This document shows, in pieces, positions 53,566-61,046 of a stretch of DNA of 64,000 bases. The DNA is from a virus. The stretch's first letter is position 1. Each line of letters starts with the position of its first letter. The notes under the pieces are model-generated. The model ran no database searches. It saw only the letters and a program-made list of their open reading frames with translations, and had not been told where the DNA came from. The stretch is taken from IMG/VR virus record IMGVR_UViG_3300035130_000101, positions 6,304-70,303 of that record. One strand, given 5' to 3'. The translations under genes and the position numbers were made by a program.

Positions 53566-53588
53566 GCCCCCGCAAGGGGGCTTTTTTT
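53566..53588 (+). terminator. terminator of the island small-gene operon
   Basis: GCCCCC-gcaa-GGGGGC followed by TTTTTTT. Confidence 0.75.
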
Positions 53589-53625
53589 ATTTCCCCTTTT
53601 TCGGCTTGACGTAATTTGCATCACT

Positions 53626-53654
53626 TTGACACCAATAATCATTTGTGATATAAT
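53626..53654 (+). promoter_or_regulatory. sigma70-type promoter (consensus) of island cassette 2
   Basis: TTGACA-17 nt-TATAAT. Confidence 0.75.
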
Positions 53655-53659
53655 ATCCC

Positions 53660-53774
53660 TTGTCAGACTAAACGGTTTGCGAGGGCGCTTTTTTGTTGCC
53701 CACAATTAACCGAATAATTGCGGATAGACCGCCCGGCTTGAATAGGGTAAGCGCCCAAACCGTTAGTCTGACAA
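53660..53774 (+). ncRNA. 5'-terminal leader stem-loop of cassette 2
   Basis: TTGTCAGACTAAACGGTTTG..GGGCGC (53660-53688) pairs with GCGCCC-AAACCGTTAGTCTGACAA (53751-53774), with bulges. Confidence 0.5.
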
Positions 53775-53824
53775 CTAAGGTTTTTCGAGCCGGGCGTTCT
53801 GTTTGCAAGAAAGAAAGGGTCACT

Positions 53825-54403
53825 GTGTATACCGTTGATGTATCTGTAGAAGGTGTTGCGCCATTGCTGCAACACAAGTTCCCGTTGCCGGACTTCTCCG
53901 ATCTTGGCAAGGGAGGCAAACAGTCCACGGGAGAAAAGGATTATACTGAGGAATGGAAGGATTATCTGTACGTAGATTCCGATGGCGAAATCTTTCAACC
54001 TGCCGTTCACTTTGACGGCTGTATGGTCAAGGCCGCCGTCAATTTCAAAATCCAGGGCAAGCGCGGCAAAACCTACAAAGATTTGTTCAAAGGTAACGTG
54101 TTCTGTTCGCCGGATGAAATTCTGCACGGTATTAAAGCTCCTGAAACTTTGGACAATGACGCCGACAAGCCGCTTTATTTGGATATTCGCCCCGTTGTTA
54201 TCAGCCGGGCCAGGGTAGTCAGGATTCGCCCCGCTTTTGCACCGGGCTGGAAACTGAGCTTTGAGATTGAAATCCTTGACGATCAAATTCCTGCCAACGT
54301 TGTTAATGAGGTTCTGTCCCTGGCCGGTAAGACCGTCGGTGTCGGTGATTTTCGCCCCCGTTTTGGCCGGTTTATGGTTACGAGGTTTGAGGTTCGGAAG
54401 TAG
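53825..54403 (+). CDS. island paralog B: uncharacterised roughly 192-aa protein homologous to 50904-51521
   Basis: GTG start chosen by alignment to paralog A (VSVEGVAPLLQHKF vs VKVRGTRPFWQHRF). C-terminal AGKTVGVGDFRPRFGRFMVTRFE. Confidence 0.55.
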   Translation: MYTVDVSVEGVAPLLQHKFPLPDFSDLGKGGKQSTGEKDYTEEWKDYLYVDSDGEIFQPAVHFDGCMVKAAVNFKIQGKRGKTYKDLFKGNVFCSPDEILHGIKAPETLDNDADKPLYLDIRPVVISRARVVRIRPAFAPGWKLSFEIEILDDQIPANVVNEVLSLAGKTVGVGDFRPRFGRFMVTRFEVRK

Positions 54404-54657
54404 ACTTTGTGGTAAGGGTGGGCAACGGTCAGGTAAGGTCCGGTAGTGGCAGGCTAGGAGAGGTTTAGTCCGGTATCGGTGTGACCTGGTGAGGGAAGGT
54501 CTGGTAAGGTAAAGTGAGGTAAGGGAAGTCTTGTGGTAAGGGAAAGGTGAAGTCGGATCGGGTGAGCTAAGATTGGGTGGGGTGTGGATTGGTGAGAATT
54601 GGCGCGGGCAGGTGAGGCAGAATAAGGTAAGGTTATCCAAATATTCGGTTGTCTGTT
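54404..54657 (+). other. C-poor GT-rich degenerate-repeat tract 2 (non-coding)
   Basis: Ten GGT(A/G)AG cores (GGTAAGG x6, GGTGAGG x2, GGTGAG x2). About 10 percent C by manual count. Stops in all frames. Confidence 0.65.
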
Positions 54658-54924
54658 ATGTCAAAGTATTTTACAGTAAACGAACTCCCTGGTTTGCATT
54701 TTCTATGGTATTCTCGATTGCCGCTTGATGTCTGGTTGCCGCTCAAGCAATACGTCTATCAAAGAGACGGCGGTATCTGCCAGTATTGCGGTAATCAGTT
54801 TGCCTACGAAAAAACTCACTGTCATCACGTTTTAGAATTATGTGAAGGCGGTACAAACCACCCCACGAACCTCAAGACGCTTTGCATTGATTGCCATAAA
54901 ACCAGACACCCGTTTATGAAGTAA
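54658..54924 (+). CDS. small HNH endonuclease (island copy 2)
   Basis: RDGGICQYCG...CHHVLELCEGGTNHPTNLKTLCIDCH. Confidence 0.65.
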   Translation: MSKYFTVNELPGLHFLWYSRLPLDVWLPLKQYVYQRDGGICQYCGNQFAYEKTHCHHVLELCEGGTNHPTNLKTLCIDCHKTRHPFMK

Positions 54925-55016
54925 TCTTGTGGCAGGGCCGTGGTACGGTGATGTGATGTGAGTTTTGGTGCGGCAAGGTGCGTCCGGGTGATGTAAGGAT
55001 TGGCTTGGTAAGGTAA
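54925..55016 (+). other. GT-rich tract 2b downstream of HNH-2
   Basis: cttgtggcaggg..., ggtgatgtgatgtgag, ttggtaaggtaaggg. Runs into terminator 55017-55042. Confidence 0.55.
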
Positions 55017-55042
55017 GGGTAGATTAAGTTCTACCCTTTTTT
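55017..55042 (+). terminator. terminator of island cassette 2
   Basis: GGGTAGA-ttaagt-TCTACCC followed by TTTTTT. Confidence 0.7.
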
Positions 55043-55335
55043 GTTTTTGGCATATTTGCATCGCTTACGTGCGCCTCGATTAGTAAACTTGCTTGATGAT
55101 AGGCAATCATTTCAGCTACAAATTCTCTTGGATATTCACCACGTCTTAACTTTAATAATTCATCTAAACCGGCTCCGCAATATATCGCTGCCCTAAATTG
55201 AGAGAATAATCCTAAGCTACCATTGTGACTTGTAATCCCTACTGGCTTTCCAGAGCGAAGCGGATATTCTTCAATTGCAATACCGTTTCTTTTAATCCCG
55301 AAAGCGAGATTTGGCCGCTGCCAAGTCCTCCTCGC
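55024..55335 (-). CDS. start-less 103-codon ORF in the +1 frame relative to the chaperone gene; candidate frameshift extension
   Basis: Manual translation ARRTWQRPNLAFGIKRNGIAIEEYPLRSGKPVGITSHNGSLGLFSQFRAAIYCGAGLDELLKLRRGEYPREFVAEMIAYHQASLLIEAHVSDANMPKTKKGRT. No ATG/GTG/TTG until codon 83. AT-rich codon usage. Confidence 0.35.
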   Translation of the reverse strand, partial: ARRTWQRPNLAFGIKRNGIAIEEYPLRSGKPVGITSHNGSLGLFSQFRAAIYCGAGLDELLKLRRGEYPREFVAEMIAYHQASLLIEAHVSDANMPKTKKGRT

Positions 55336-55810
55336 TTACGCCTGAAAGCATTGACAGCAAATTCCAATCGTCTGCCCCCAAAGCAAAATATCGTATAAAG
55401 ACAAAGCGACGTTCAAACTCATCGTCAAGATCGTAGTCATCCAGGTTCAGATGGCCCCGCTTCGCCAGAAAGCGCAACTTCTTGAGCCAGGCATCATCTG
55501 CCGGCAGGCCGTCAACCAATTCAACGCCGAGCATCGCCATTACATCAAAGCCCGCCTGTACCCGTTTGGCGAAGGCTTCCTGTTTGGCCGCGAGGTAGTC
55601 CGGGTCGTTTGGGTTTTCAACCGGATAATCTTTTCCCTCTACTTTTTGCTTTGGTACAGGCGGGTCTTTGATTGCCGTCGCCGCTTCCTGAATGGTAGCA
55701 GTAGGCACGGGGATAAGGCGAACCGTTATACCGGTCGATAGCTTGATCGGTTCGTCCAGATTGAGTTGTCCGTTCTTCTTTGCCGCGTCAACGGCGGGGC
55801 TTCTGGCCAT
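55292..55810 (-). CDS. putative tail assembly chaperone
   Basis: 172 aa with an acidic C-terminal half, between the putative tail tube and the TMP (by synteny). Confidence 0.45.
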   Translation of the reverse strand: MARSPAVDAAKKNGQLNLDEPIKLSTGITVRLIPVPTATIQEAATAIKDPPVPKQKVEGKDYPVENPNDPDYLAAKQEAFAKRVQAGFDVMAMLGVELVDGLPADDAWLKKLRFLAKRGHLNLDDYDLDDEFERRFVFIRYFALGADDWNLLSMLSGVSEEDLAAAKSRFRD

Positions 55811-56018
55811 CTGTCTTGCTCCTTATTCTATCTATGGTTTTGCCCTCGTTGTTCATTATGAAAACGAGCATACCCGGCAAGACCTCTATTTCTGTCTCAG
55901 TACCATTAGACAGCGACAGCAGGATTGACTTACTGCCGCTGTCTATAAATGTTTTGGTGCGTACCGTATGGCAATCGTGCAAAGTCTCTTGATTGCCTTG
56001 CACGAGCTTCACGAACAT
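55788..56018 (-). CDS. hypothetical small protein
   Basis: 76-aa ORF in the tail operon. Confidence 0.4.
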   Translation of the reverse strand: MFVKLVQGNQETLHDCHTVRTKTFIDSGSKSILLSLSNGTETEIEVLPGMLVFIMNNEGKTIDRIRSKTDGQKPRR

Positions 56019-56046
56019 AATCTACCTACCTATCTGGATTCGGTTT

Positions 56047-57558
56047 TTAATCCTCGCCAACCAGGACAATGCCATCACTGCCATTATCCGCCAGGCCAAC
56101 GCCAACCACAAAGTTGACATCTTCCTTGCAAGCGGCCAGGGCATTTACCCGGTCATTTGCCGGTAATGTGGCGCTACCCTCCGGCAATAGTTGCCAGGAA
56201 TAACCGCCGTCATAGGTGCGGAAGATGCGCCCGGCTGCCGCATCCGTAGCGTGGGCCAGATAGCCCACCGATTTAGAAGCAAAAGCGATGTCATAGATGA
56301 CGCCCGCCCCGGAGCCGCTAAAGCCTTTGGCAGTAAAGGTGACACCGTTATTGACGGTATAGTACAATGTACCGCCGCTGGTCCCAAGCCACCACTCACT
56401 ATCGTTATTAGCCTTAATCCAAACGGCGTTGTAATCCACACCGACGCCGGTCGGAGGCGTGATCTCCGTGAAGGTGACACCGTTCTCGCTCTTGAGGATA
56501 GCCGAAGCGTTACCGACAGCAATGATCTTGGATTCAGAAATGGCGTGAATAGCGTTAAGATCATCCGTCAAGACAGTTCCAGCTTCCAATACCGTCACCC
56601 CGGCGGTTGGGTCGGTCAGCTTGTAGACGTAGCCGCCATTAGCGGCGATGAAGGCGACGCTGCCCAAGCTCCAGATATCCTGCGGTTGCTTGCTCGCCAC
56701 AAAGCCGGTGGTGACTTCTGTCCAGGTCGGATCAGGCGTAGTGTCGAAGTCGTCAATGTCGGCATAGTGAAGCGAGTTTGACGTTTCGTCAATGACGACT
56801 ACGTACCCGGCTACACAGGCGATACCGGTCGGACTATCGGCCGCGCCCATCGTGTCGATATCAACGGCATACCAGTTTACCCCACCGTCGATGGAGAATA
56901 CCACGTCTGCCGGTGTGGATGGTGAGCCACCTGCCGCAATCGAGACGGCAAAGATTTTTTCGCAGCCGTCCGACGGATCTTCACAATCGCCACAAGAGGC
57001 CGAGTCGCAGATAACTACATCTACGATCTCATTGGTTACAATCGACCCGGCCCGACTTGCAAAGCCGAGCTTTAGCACCTCGTACCATTCCCGCATCGAG
57101 ATGTCGGCCGTTTCGTTGACCTGGGCCCGCTCGTCGCTGGATAATGCACCAAGCTCATCGGTGGCGTAGTTGGTTACCTTCGTCTTTTCCAAGATGAGCT
57201 TTTTCTCAAACTCGTTAAACAGAGACACGTCCTGACATTGCCCCAGGTTTAGATGAATGTCACTGGAACAACGCCGGTCAGCAACCCTCTTGAGTACCGA
57301 CGCTTCATTGAGCGGATAGATACCCATTATCTGAGTCGTCGGCCTTTCGTCCGCTTCCTGAATTTCGCCAATCTCCTCGAACTGGTCCGCCTTATTGGGG
57401 TGTGGCGCTTCGATCTTGGTCACATCACCGTAAGACTTTTCCAGCGCACCGGCCCGCATAAAGTTATGATAAGCCGGCGTCCTATCTGCCCGCGCCTCGT
57501 TTTCGATGATGAAAACTCGGCTTAATCCGGTTTTGGCCGGACTCCAATTGTCAGTCAT
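56047..57558 (-). CDS. putative major tail protein with C-terminal BNR/Ycf48-like propeller repeats
   Basis: 503 aa. Position upstream of the chaperone and TMP. The C-terminal half has SxDGGxxW-like repeats (SIDGGVNWY, NNGVTFT, YDGGYSWQ). Confidence 0.4.
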   Translation of the reverse strand: MTDNWSPAKTGLSRVFIIENEARADRTPAYHNFMRAGALEKSYGDVTKIEAPHPNKADQFEEIGEIQEADERPTTQIMGIYPLNEASVLKRVADRRCSSDIHLNLGQCQDVSLFNEFEKKLILEKTKVTNYATDELGALSSDERAQVNETADISMREWYEVLKLGFASRAGSIVTNEIVDVVICDSASCGDCEDPSDGCEKIFAVSIAAGGSPSTPADVVFSIDGGVNWYAVDIDTMGAADSPTGIACVAGYVVVIDETSNSLHYADIDDFDTTPDPTWTEVTTGFVASKQPQDIWSLGSVAFIAANGGYVYKLTDPTAGVTVLEAGTVLTDDLNAIHAISESKIIAVGNASAILKSENGVTFTEITPPTGVGVDYNAVWIKANNDSEWWLGTSGGTLYYTVNNGVTFTAKGFSGSGAGVIYDIAFASKSVGYLAHATDAAAGRIFRTYDGGYSWQLLPEGSATLPANDRVNALAACKEDVNFVVGVGLADNGSDGIVLVGED

Positions 57559-57835
57559 TTTCTACCTCCATACTCCTGTATAAGGCTACCAATGGGCGCT
57601 TGATAGCCGTCAGGATAATGCTATCGAGGCCGCTCCGTGAATACTGAATATCATTTTTGCTGATAAGTTTATTTTCAACCAGGCCGTTGTGTATCTGCCT
57701 GATAATATCTTCCCAGTCCAGTTGCCGGATGTCTGGCGGGTCAGCTCTGATACCCGGCGCGGTATCAAGGTCGTTATCCTTGATATGATAGAGATGCTTG
57801 TAGCCGTCGCTGTCAATTCGCTCGATTAGTCTCAT
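57551..57835 (-). CDS. hypothetical protein (head-tail joining region?)
   Basis: 94 aa, overlapping neighbouring genes. Confidence 0.4.
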   Translation of the reverse strand: MRLIERIDSDGYKHLYHIKDNDLDTAPGIRADPPDIRQLDWEDIIRQIHNGLVENKLISKNDIQYSRSGLDSIILTAIKRPLVALYRSMEVEND

Positions 57836-58206
57836 ACACGCCTATGCCCTATCACGTTCAACTTACCGATAACCCCTTGTCCACCCGCTGCCAACGTGAT
57901 AATCAACTGGACGCCTTGAGATGACATCTCTGGTGAAAATGGGATAAAACCAGGACCGCTTGCAGTAATATCTATTTCGAAAAAGATATGACCTGCCCCG
58001 TCATCTATCTGCAAATTGCCACCTGTTGGCGTATCATTATACGACCAGGCCACACCCTCGATAATATGCCTGCCAGCCCCAACCGGAGCAGGATAGACAA
58101 TCTGCACCGCCTCATCTGCACTGCCAATGCTTCTATTCTCTGTTTCAAACTGTACCGGTTCCAAAGCTACCGGTGATGATGGGCCAGATGTTATGCCTCT
58201 TGCCAT
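57832..58206 (-). CDS. hypothetical protein
   Basis: 124 aa. Palindromic motif copy lies upstream. Confidence 0.4.
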   Translation of the reverse strand: MARGITSGPSSPVALEPVQFETENRSIGSADEAVQIVYPAPVGAGRHIIEGVAWSYNDTPTGGNLQIDDGAGHIFFEIDITASGPGFIPFSPEMSSQGVQLIITLAAGGQGVIGKLNVIGHRRV

Positions 58207-58218
58207 TTTTTACGCTCC

Positions 58219-58247
58219 AAAAAATCTTAATTGCAATTGAGATTTTA
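58219..58247. repeat. palindromic motif copy
   Basis: aaaaaatcttaattgcaattgagatttta, between the stop at 58245 and the ATG at 58206. Confidence 0.7.
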
Positions 58248-60143
58248 CACTACGGCAAAATCAGGTATTCTTTCGGCCAGCTTGCCCAACTTGCGCCAGG
58301 CCAACACTTCACCTTTACGAGTACCAAAGGGATTATTCAAATCTTCCGGACTAATAAAAAAACTGCCGTCACCTTCGCCAGTGCCGCTGAAAGCCAGGTC
58401 GCGGCGCAGGTCGTTGAACATTGCCCGGATATTCTGACAACCGCACGGAGGCCGCTCTAGCCGGGCCGAGGCCATCCACGCTATAGCCTGAGCATAGTAT
58501 TTTGATAATCGCTCGCAACTCTCGCCGCGCAAGAAACGCTCGTCAAGATCGCCAGCATAATACCAGATTTTGACCGTATCAGGCTCTCGACACTCTGACC
58601 ATTGGGCTAGTGACCAGGATTCCTCACCTTCGTCATAGGTGGCCGGCGTCGGTACAGCAATGCCCCGGTCAACTTCCCTGATATGCAAACAGCCGTCTTG
58701 AGTAGTGTTAGAGCAAGCCGCGCAACCGGTCCCGCCGCAAGAAGTGCAAACTGTATTGAGTAGAACATTAAGCGGTTTTGGCTCCCAAGAGAACTCGGCG
58801 CTCTTGGTGGTCGTATCGGTATATTCTCGATACACGTCAACGGCTGAAACGAAATTAGTCACTGTTGCCAGGTCCAGACCATCGAATCCCGCCGTCGTCG
58901 GATAAGCGGCTAATAGGTCAGGGTTAAGCAGCAGCCAGCTATCATAAACCAGGATGACGTTACCGCCGCTGATTGTCTTGCTTCGAGCCGGCCTTATCTC
59001 CCATTCTAACGCGCCGCCGGTCCCGGCAAAGTAGGCATTGATCTCACACTCATCGGTCAGGCTCGTTGCTACGGTAATTGTAGCCGTATCGTTGATACCG
59101 CTGCCGCTCTCATCCGAATAGGCAACTGCCACGTCATCGTCAAGCAAGGTAACGGCTCGTTGGCCCGCCTGGATGAACTTGCCCTTTTTGGTGATGACGC
59201 TCTTATACATCCCCCGACCATTCGAACCAAGACCAAAGACGTCCCGTCGATAGTGACGGGGATAGGGATGCATCTCTTTGGCTATCCACTTCGGAGCCGG
59301 GTAGTAGCCAAGATAGTTGGCAATCTCTTCCTCGACATTGTAAATCGTATCGGCCAACTCCGACAGGCTAATCCGGTCCGCTGCTTGCCAGGGATAACGA
59401 GGCCAAACGTCATCACAGTTTGAGCCAACTGGAAATACAGTCTGACCGAATCCGCCGGAAAAGTGCGGGGGGTTTAGTCCCATAATTGCCGCGTAAGTTG
59501 GCAATGACAAGAGTGTCCGTTGTAGTGGTTGAGCAAATGTCGGGCCGGCTCCCGAACCGCCGCCGGTGACAGGAGTACCAGTGGCGCTACCAGTTGTGCT
59601 GCTACTTGATACTATTTCCGTATCTGGATTAGAAAATGAATAACTTGACCGGCGTGACCAGAAATAATATGTGCCATCATCCAGATACGGCAGTCCGGCA
59701 TTGCTATCTCTGGCTATCCCAAACGTGTCAGTCGTGCCAGCCCAAATGATATTCTGACCGGCAATATCGGTTGTTATCCAGACCGTTACTCCCTCAATCG
59801 GTAATGTGGTGACAGAATCGGTAATCGTATAGGTGAAAGATCGCGCCCCCGGCGTGCGCTGAACAACAGAATATTCGAGATTTTGTTGAACGATGCCAAC
59901 ACCTGTAACTCGAATAGAGACAGGACCAATAGTATCAGCCTCGCCAGCAGTAGCCAGATATGCATACCATCCGTTGGCAATCTCAGATTTAGTGCCAACC
60001 CCGGCAGCAAAAGCTGCAGCAGCCTTAGAGATTTCCAGGGTGAATGTATTGCCCAGTCCGGCCACTTCTGTATTGGTAGCATCGACCAAAACAAAGGTGA
60101 TTAGATTCTGTTGGTTAAGTATCCACTCTCCACCTAAGCCCAT
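58245..60143 (-). CDS. large virion-associated protein with carboxypeptidase-regulatory-like beta-sandwich
   Basis: 632 aa. YTITDSVTTLPIEGVTVWITTD...GTYYFWSRRSSYSF. Confidence 0.3.
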   Translation of the reverse strand: MGLGGEWILNQQNLITFVLVDATNTEVAGLGNTFTLEISKAAAAFAAGVGTKSEIANGWYAYLATAGEADTIGPVSIRVTGVGIVQQNLEYSVVQRTPGARSFTYTITDSVTTLPIEGVTVWITTDIAGQNIIWAGTTDTFGIARDSNAGLPYLDDGTYYFWSRRSSYSFSNPDTEIVSSSSTTGSATGTPVTGGGSGAGPTFAQPLQRTLLSLPTYAAIMGLNPPHFSGGFGQTVFPVGSNCDDVWPRYPWQAADRISLSELADTIYNVEEEIANYLGYYPAPKWIAKEMHPYPRHYRRDVFGLGSNGRGMYKSVITKKGKFIQAGQRAVTLLDDDVAVAYSDESGSGINDTATITVATSLTDECEINAYFAGTGGALEWEIRPARSKTISGGNVILVYDSWLLLNPDLLAAYPTTAGFDGLDLATVTNFVSAVDVYREYTDTTTKSAEFSWEPKPLNVLLNTVCTSCGGTGCAACSNTTQDGCLHIREVDRGIAVPTPATYDEGEESWSLAQWSECREPDTVKIWYYAGDLDERFLRGESCERLSKYYAQAIAWMASARLERPPCGCQNIRAMFNDLRRDLAFSGTGEGDGSFFISPEDLNNPFGTRKGEVLAWRKLGKLAERIPDFAVV

Positions 60144-61039
60144 TATCGCATTTTCCTCATCTTGGCCCTTTCCATACCCTTGAAAAGCACCTCTTCAAGT
60201 GTCCCTACAAATGGAGTGACATTGAGATATAGAAATTTTGGTCTGTAGTATTTTCTAAACGGTGGTCTGAAAGTTTCGTCTCTCAATCTGATATTTCTGG
60301 ATGGATAAACTCTCGATATTGCAACGAGTATGCCGGGTATGAATATTGCAGTCGGCAACACTCGTCTTGGCTGATACTCTAACTCCAGTTCCGGTCTAAA
60401 TGTGCCGTCTCTCAATCTCAGATTTCGGCTAGGATGCACCCTGGAAATCAGAATAGTTGAGACATCAGGTGTTACCGTCGTCGCTGGCGGTAACTGACGT
60501 TTTATTTGGTAATATCGATAGTCTACTCCTCGCTGCCAAACATTCCTCAATCGAGGATGTGTAGCAAACAATGCACCCGGCACAAACTCGCTGGGGAATA
60601 TTATCCGCTTGGGCTGATAATATTCCCTTGATGGTTGTCTAAAAGTTGCATCTCTAAGTCTTGAGTTTCTACTAGGATGAGCCTTAGAGGGTGCAACCAG
60701 AATGCCAGGTATGAATTCACTTGGCGGTAATACTCGCCTCGGCTGATAATACTCCCTAGACGGCTGTCTAAAAGTCGTATCCCGTAGTCTCGGATTACGA
60801 CTAGGATGTATTTTTTGAACCGCAACGAGTACGCCCGGTACAAAAACCGCAGTTGGTAGATTGTGTCTAAGTTGATAATACTGTTGTAGTATCAGCCGGA
60901 ATGTATCATCTCTTAATCTTAGGTTCCGGCCAGGATGTGACTTAGAGACGCCAACAACCGATACATCCGGTACAACTGCTGTTGTCGTAGGAAGTTTTCG
61001 CCTTGGCTCATAATGCCATCTACGACGAAATACTCCCAT
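60143..61039 (-). CDS. repeat protein (about six 42-aa repeats, HPSRNxRLRDxTFR core)
   Basis: Repeats are visible in the translation: VHPSRNLRLRDGTFR, IHPSRNPRLRDTTFR, AHPSRNSRLRDATFR and others. Confidence 0.45.
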   Translation of the reverse strand: MGVFRRRWHYEPRRKLPTTTAVVPDVSVVGVSKSHPGRNLRLRDDTFRLILQQYYQLRHNLPTAVFVPGVLVAVQKIHPSRNPRLRDTTFRQPSREYYQPRRVLPPSEFIPGILVAPSKAHPSRNSRLRDATFRQPSREYYQPKRIIFPSEFVPGALFATHPRLRNVWQRGVDYRYYQIKRQLPPATTVTPDVSTILISRVHPSRNLRLRDGTFRPELELEYQPRRVLPTAIFIPGILVAISRVYPSRNIRLRDETFRPPFRKYYRPKFLYLNVTPFVGTLEEVLFKGMERAKMRKMR

Positions 61040-61046
61040 TATTCGA

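Noticed and set aside
53663-54640. 325-aa minus-strand ORF spanning cassette 2
   Set aside because: Same reasoning: it is the antisense shadow of paralog B and of GT-rich tract 2. It has no RBS and gives a low-complexity product.
51522-54657. GT-rich tracts as telomere-like (GGGTTAGG) repeats or eukaryotic 5' splice-site-like (AGGTAAG/GGTGAG) signals
   Set aside because: The context is a bacterial phage with sigma70 promoters and SD sequences. The repeats are degenerate and internal to the genome, so the resemblance is most likely compositional.
2224-58247. Could the recurring palindromic motif be a CRISPR array or MITE family?
   Set aside because: Copies are kilobases apart at gene boundaries, not regularly spaced with short spacers. 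They are only about 25 bp long, with no flanking target-site duplications that I could see.
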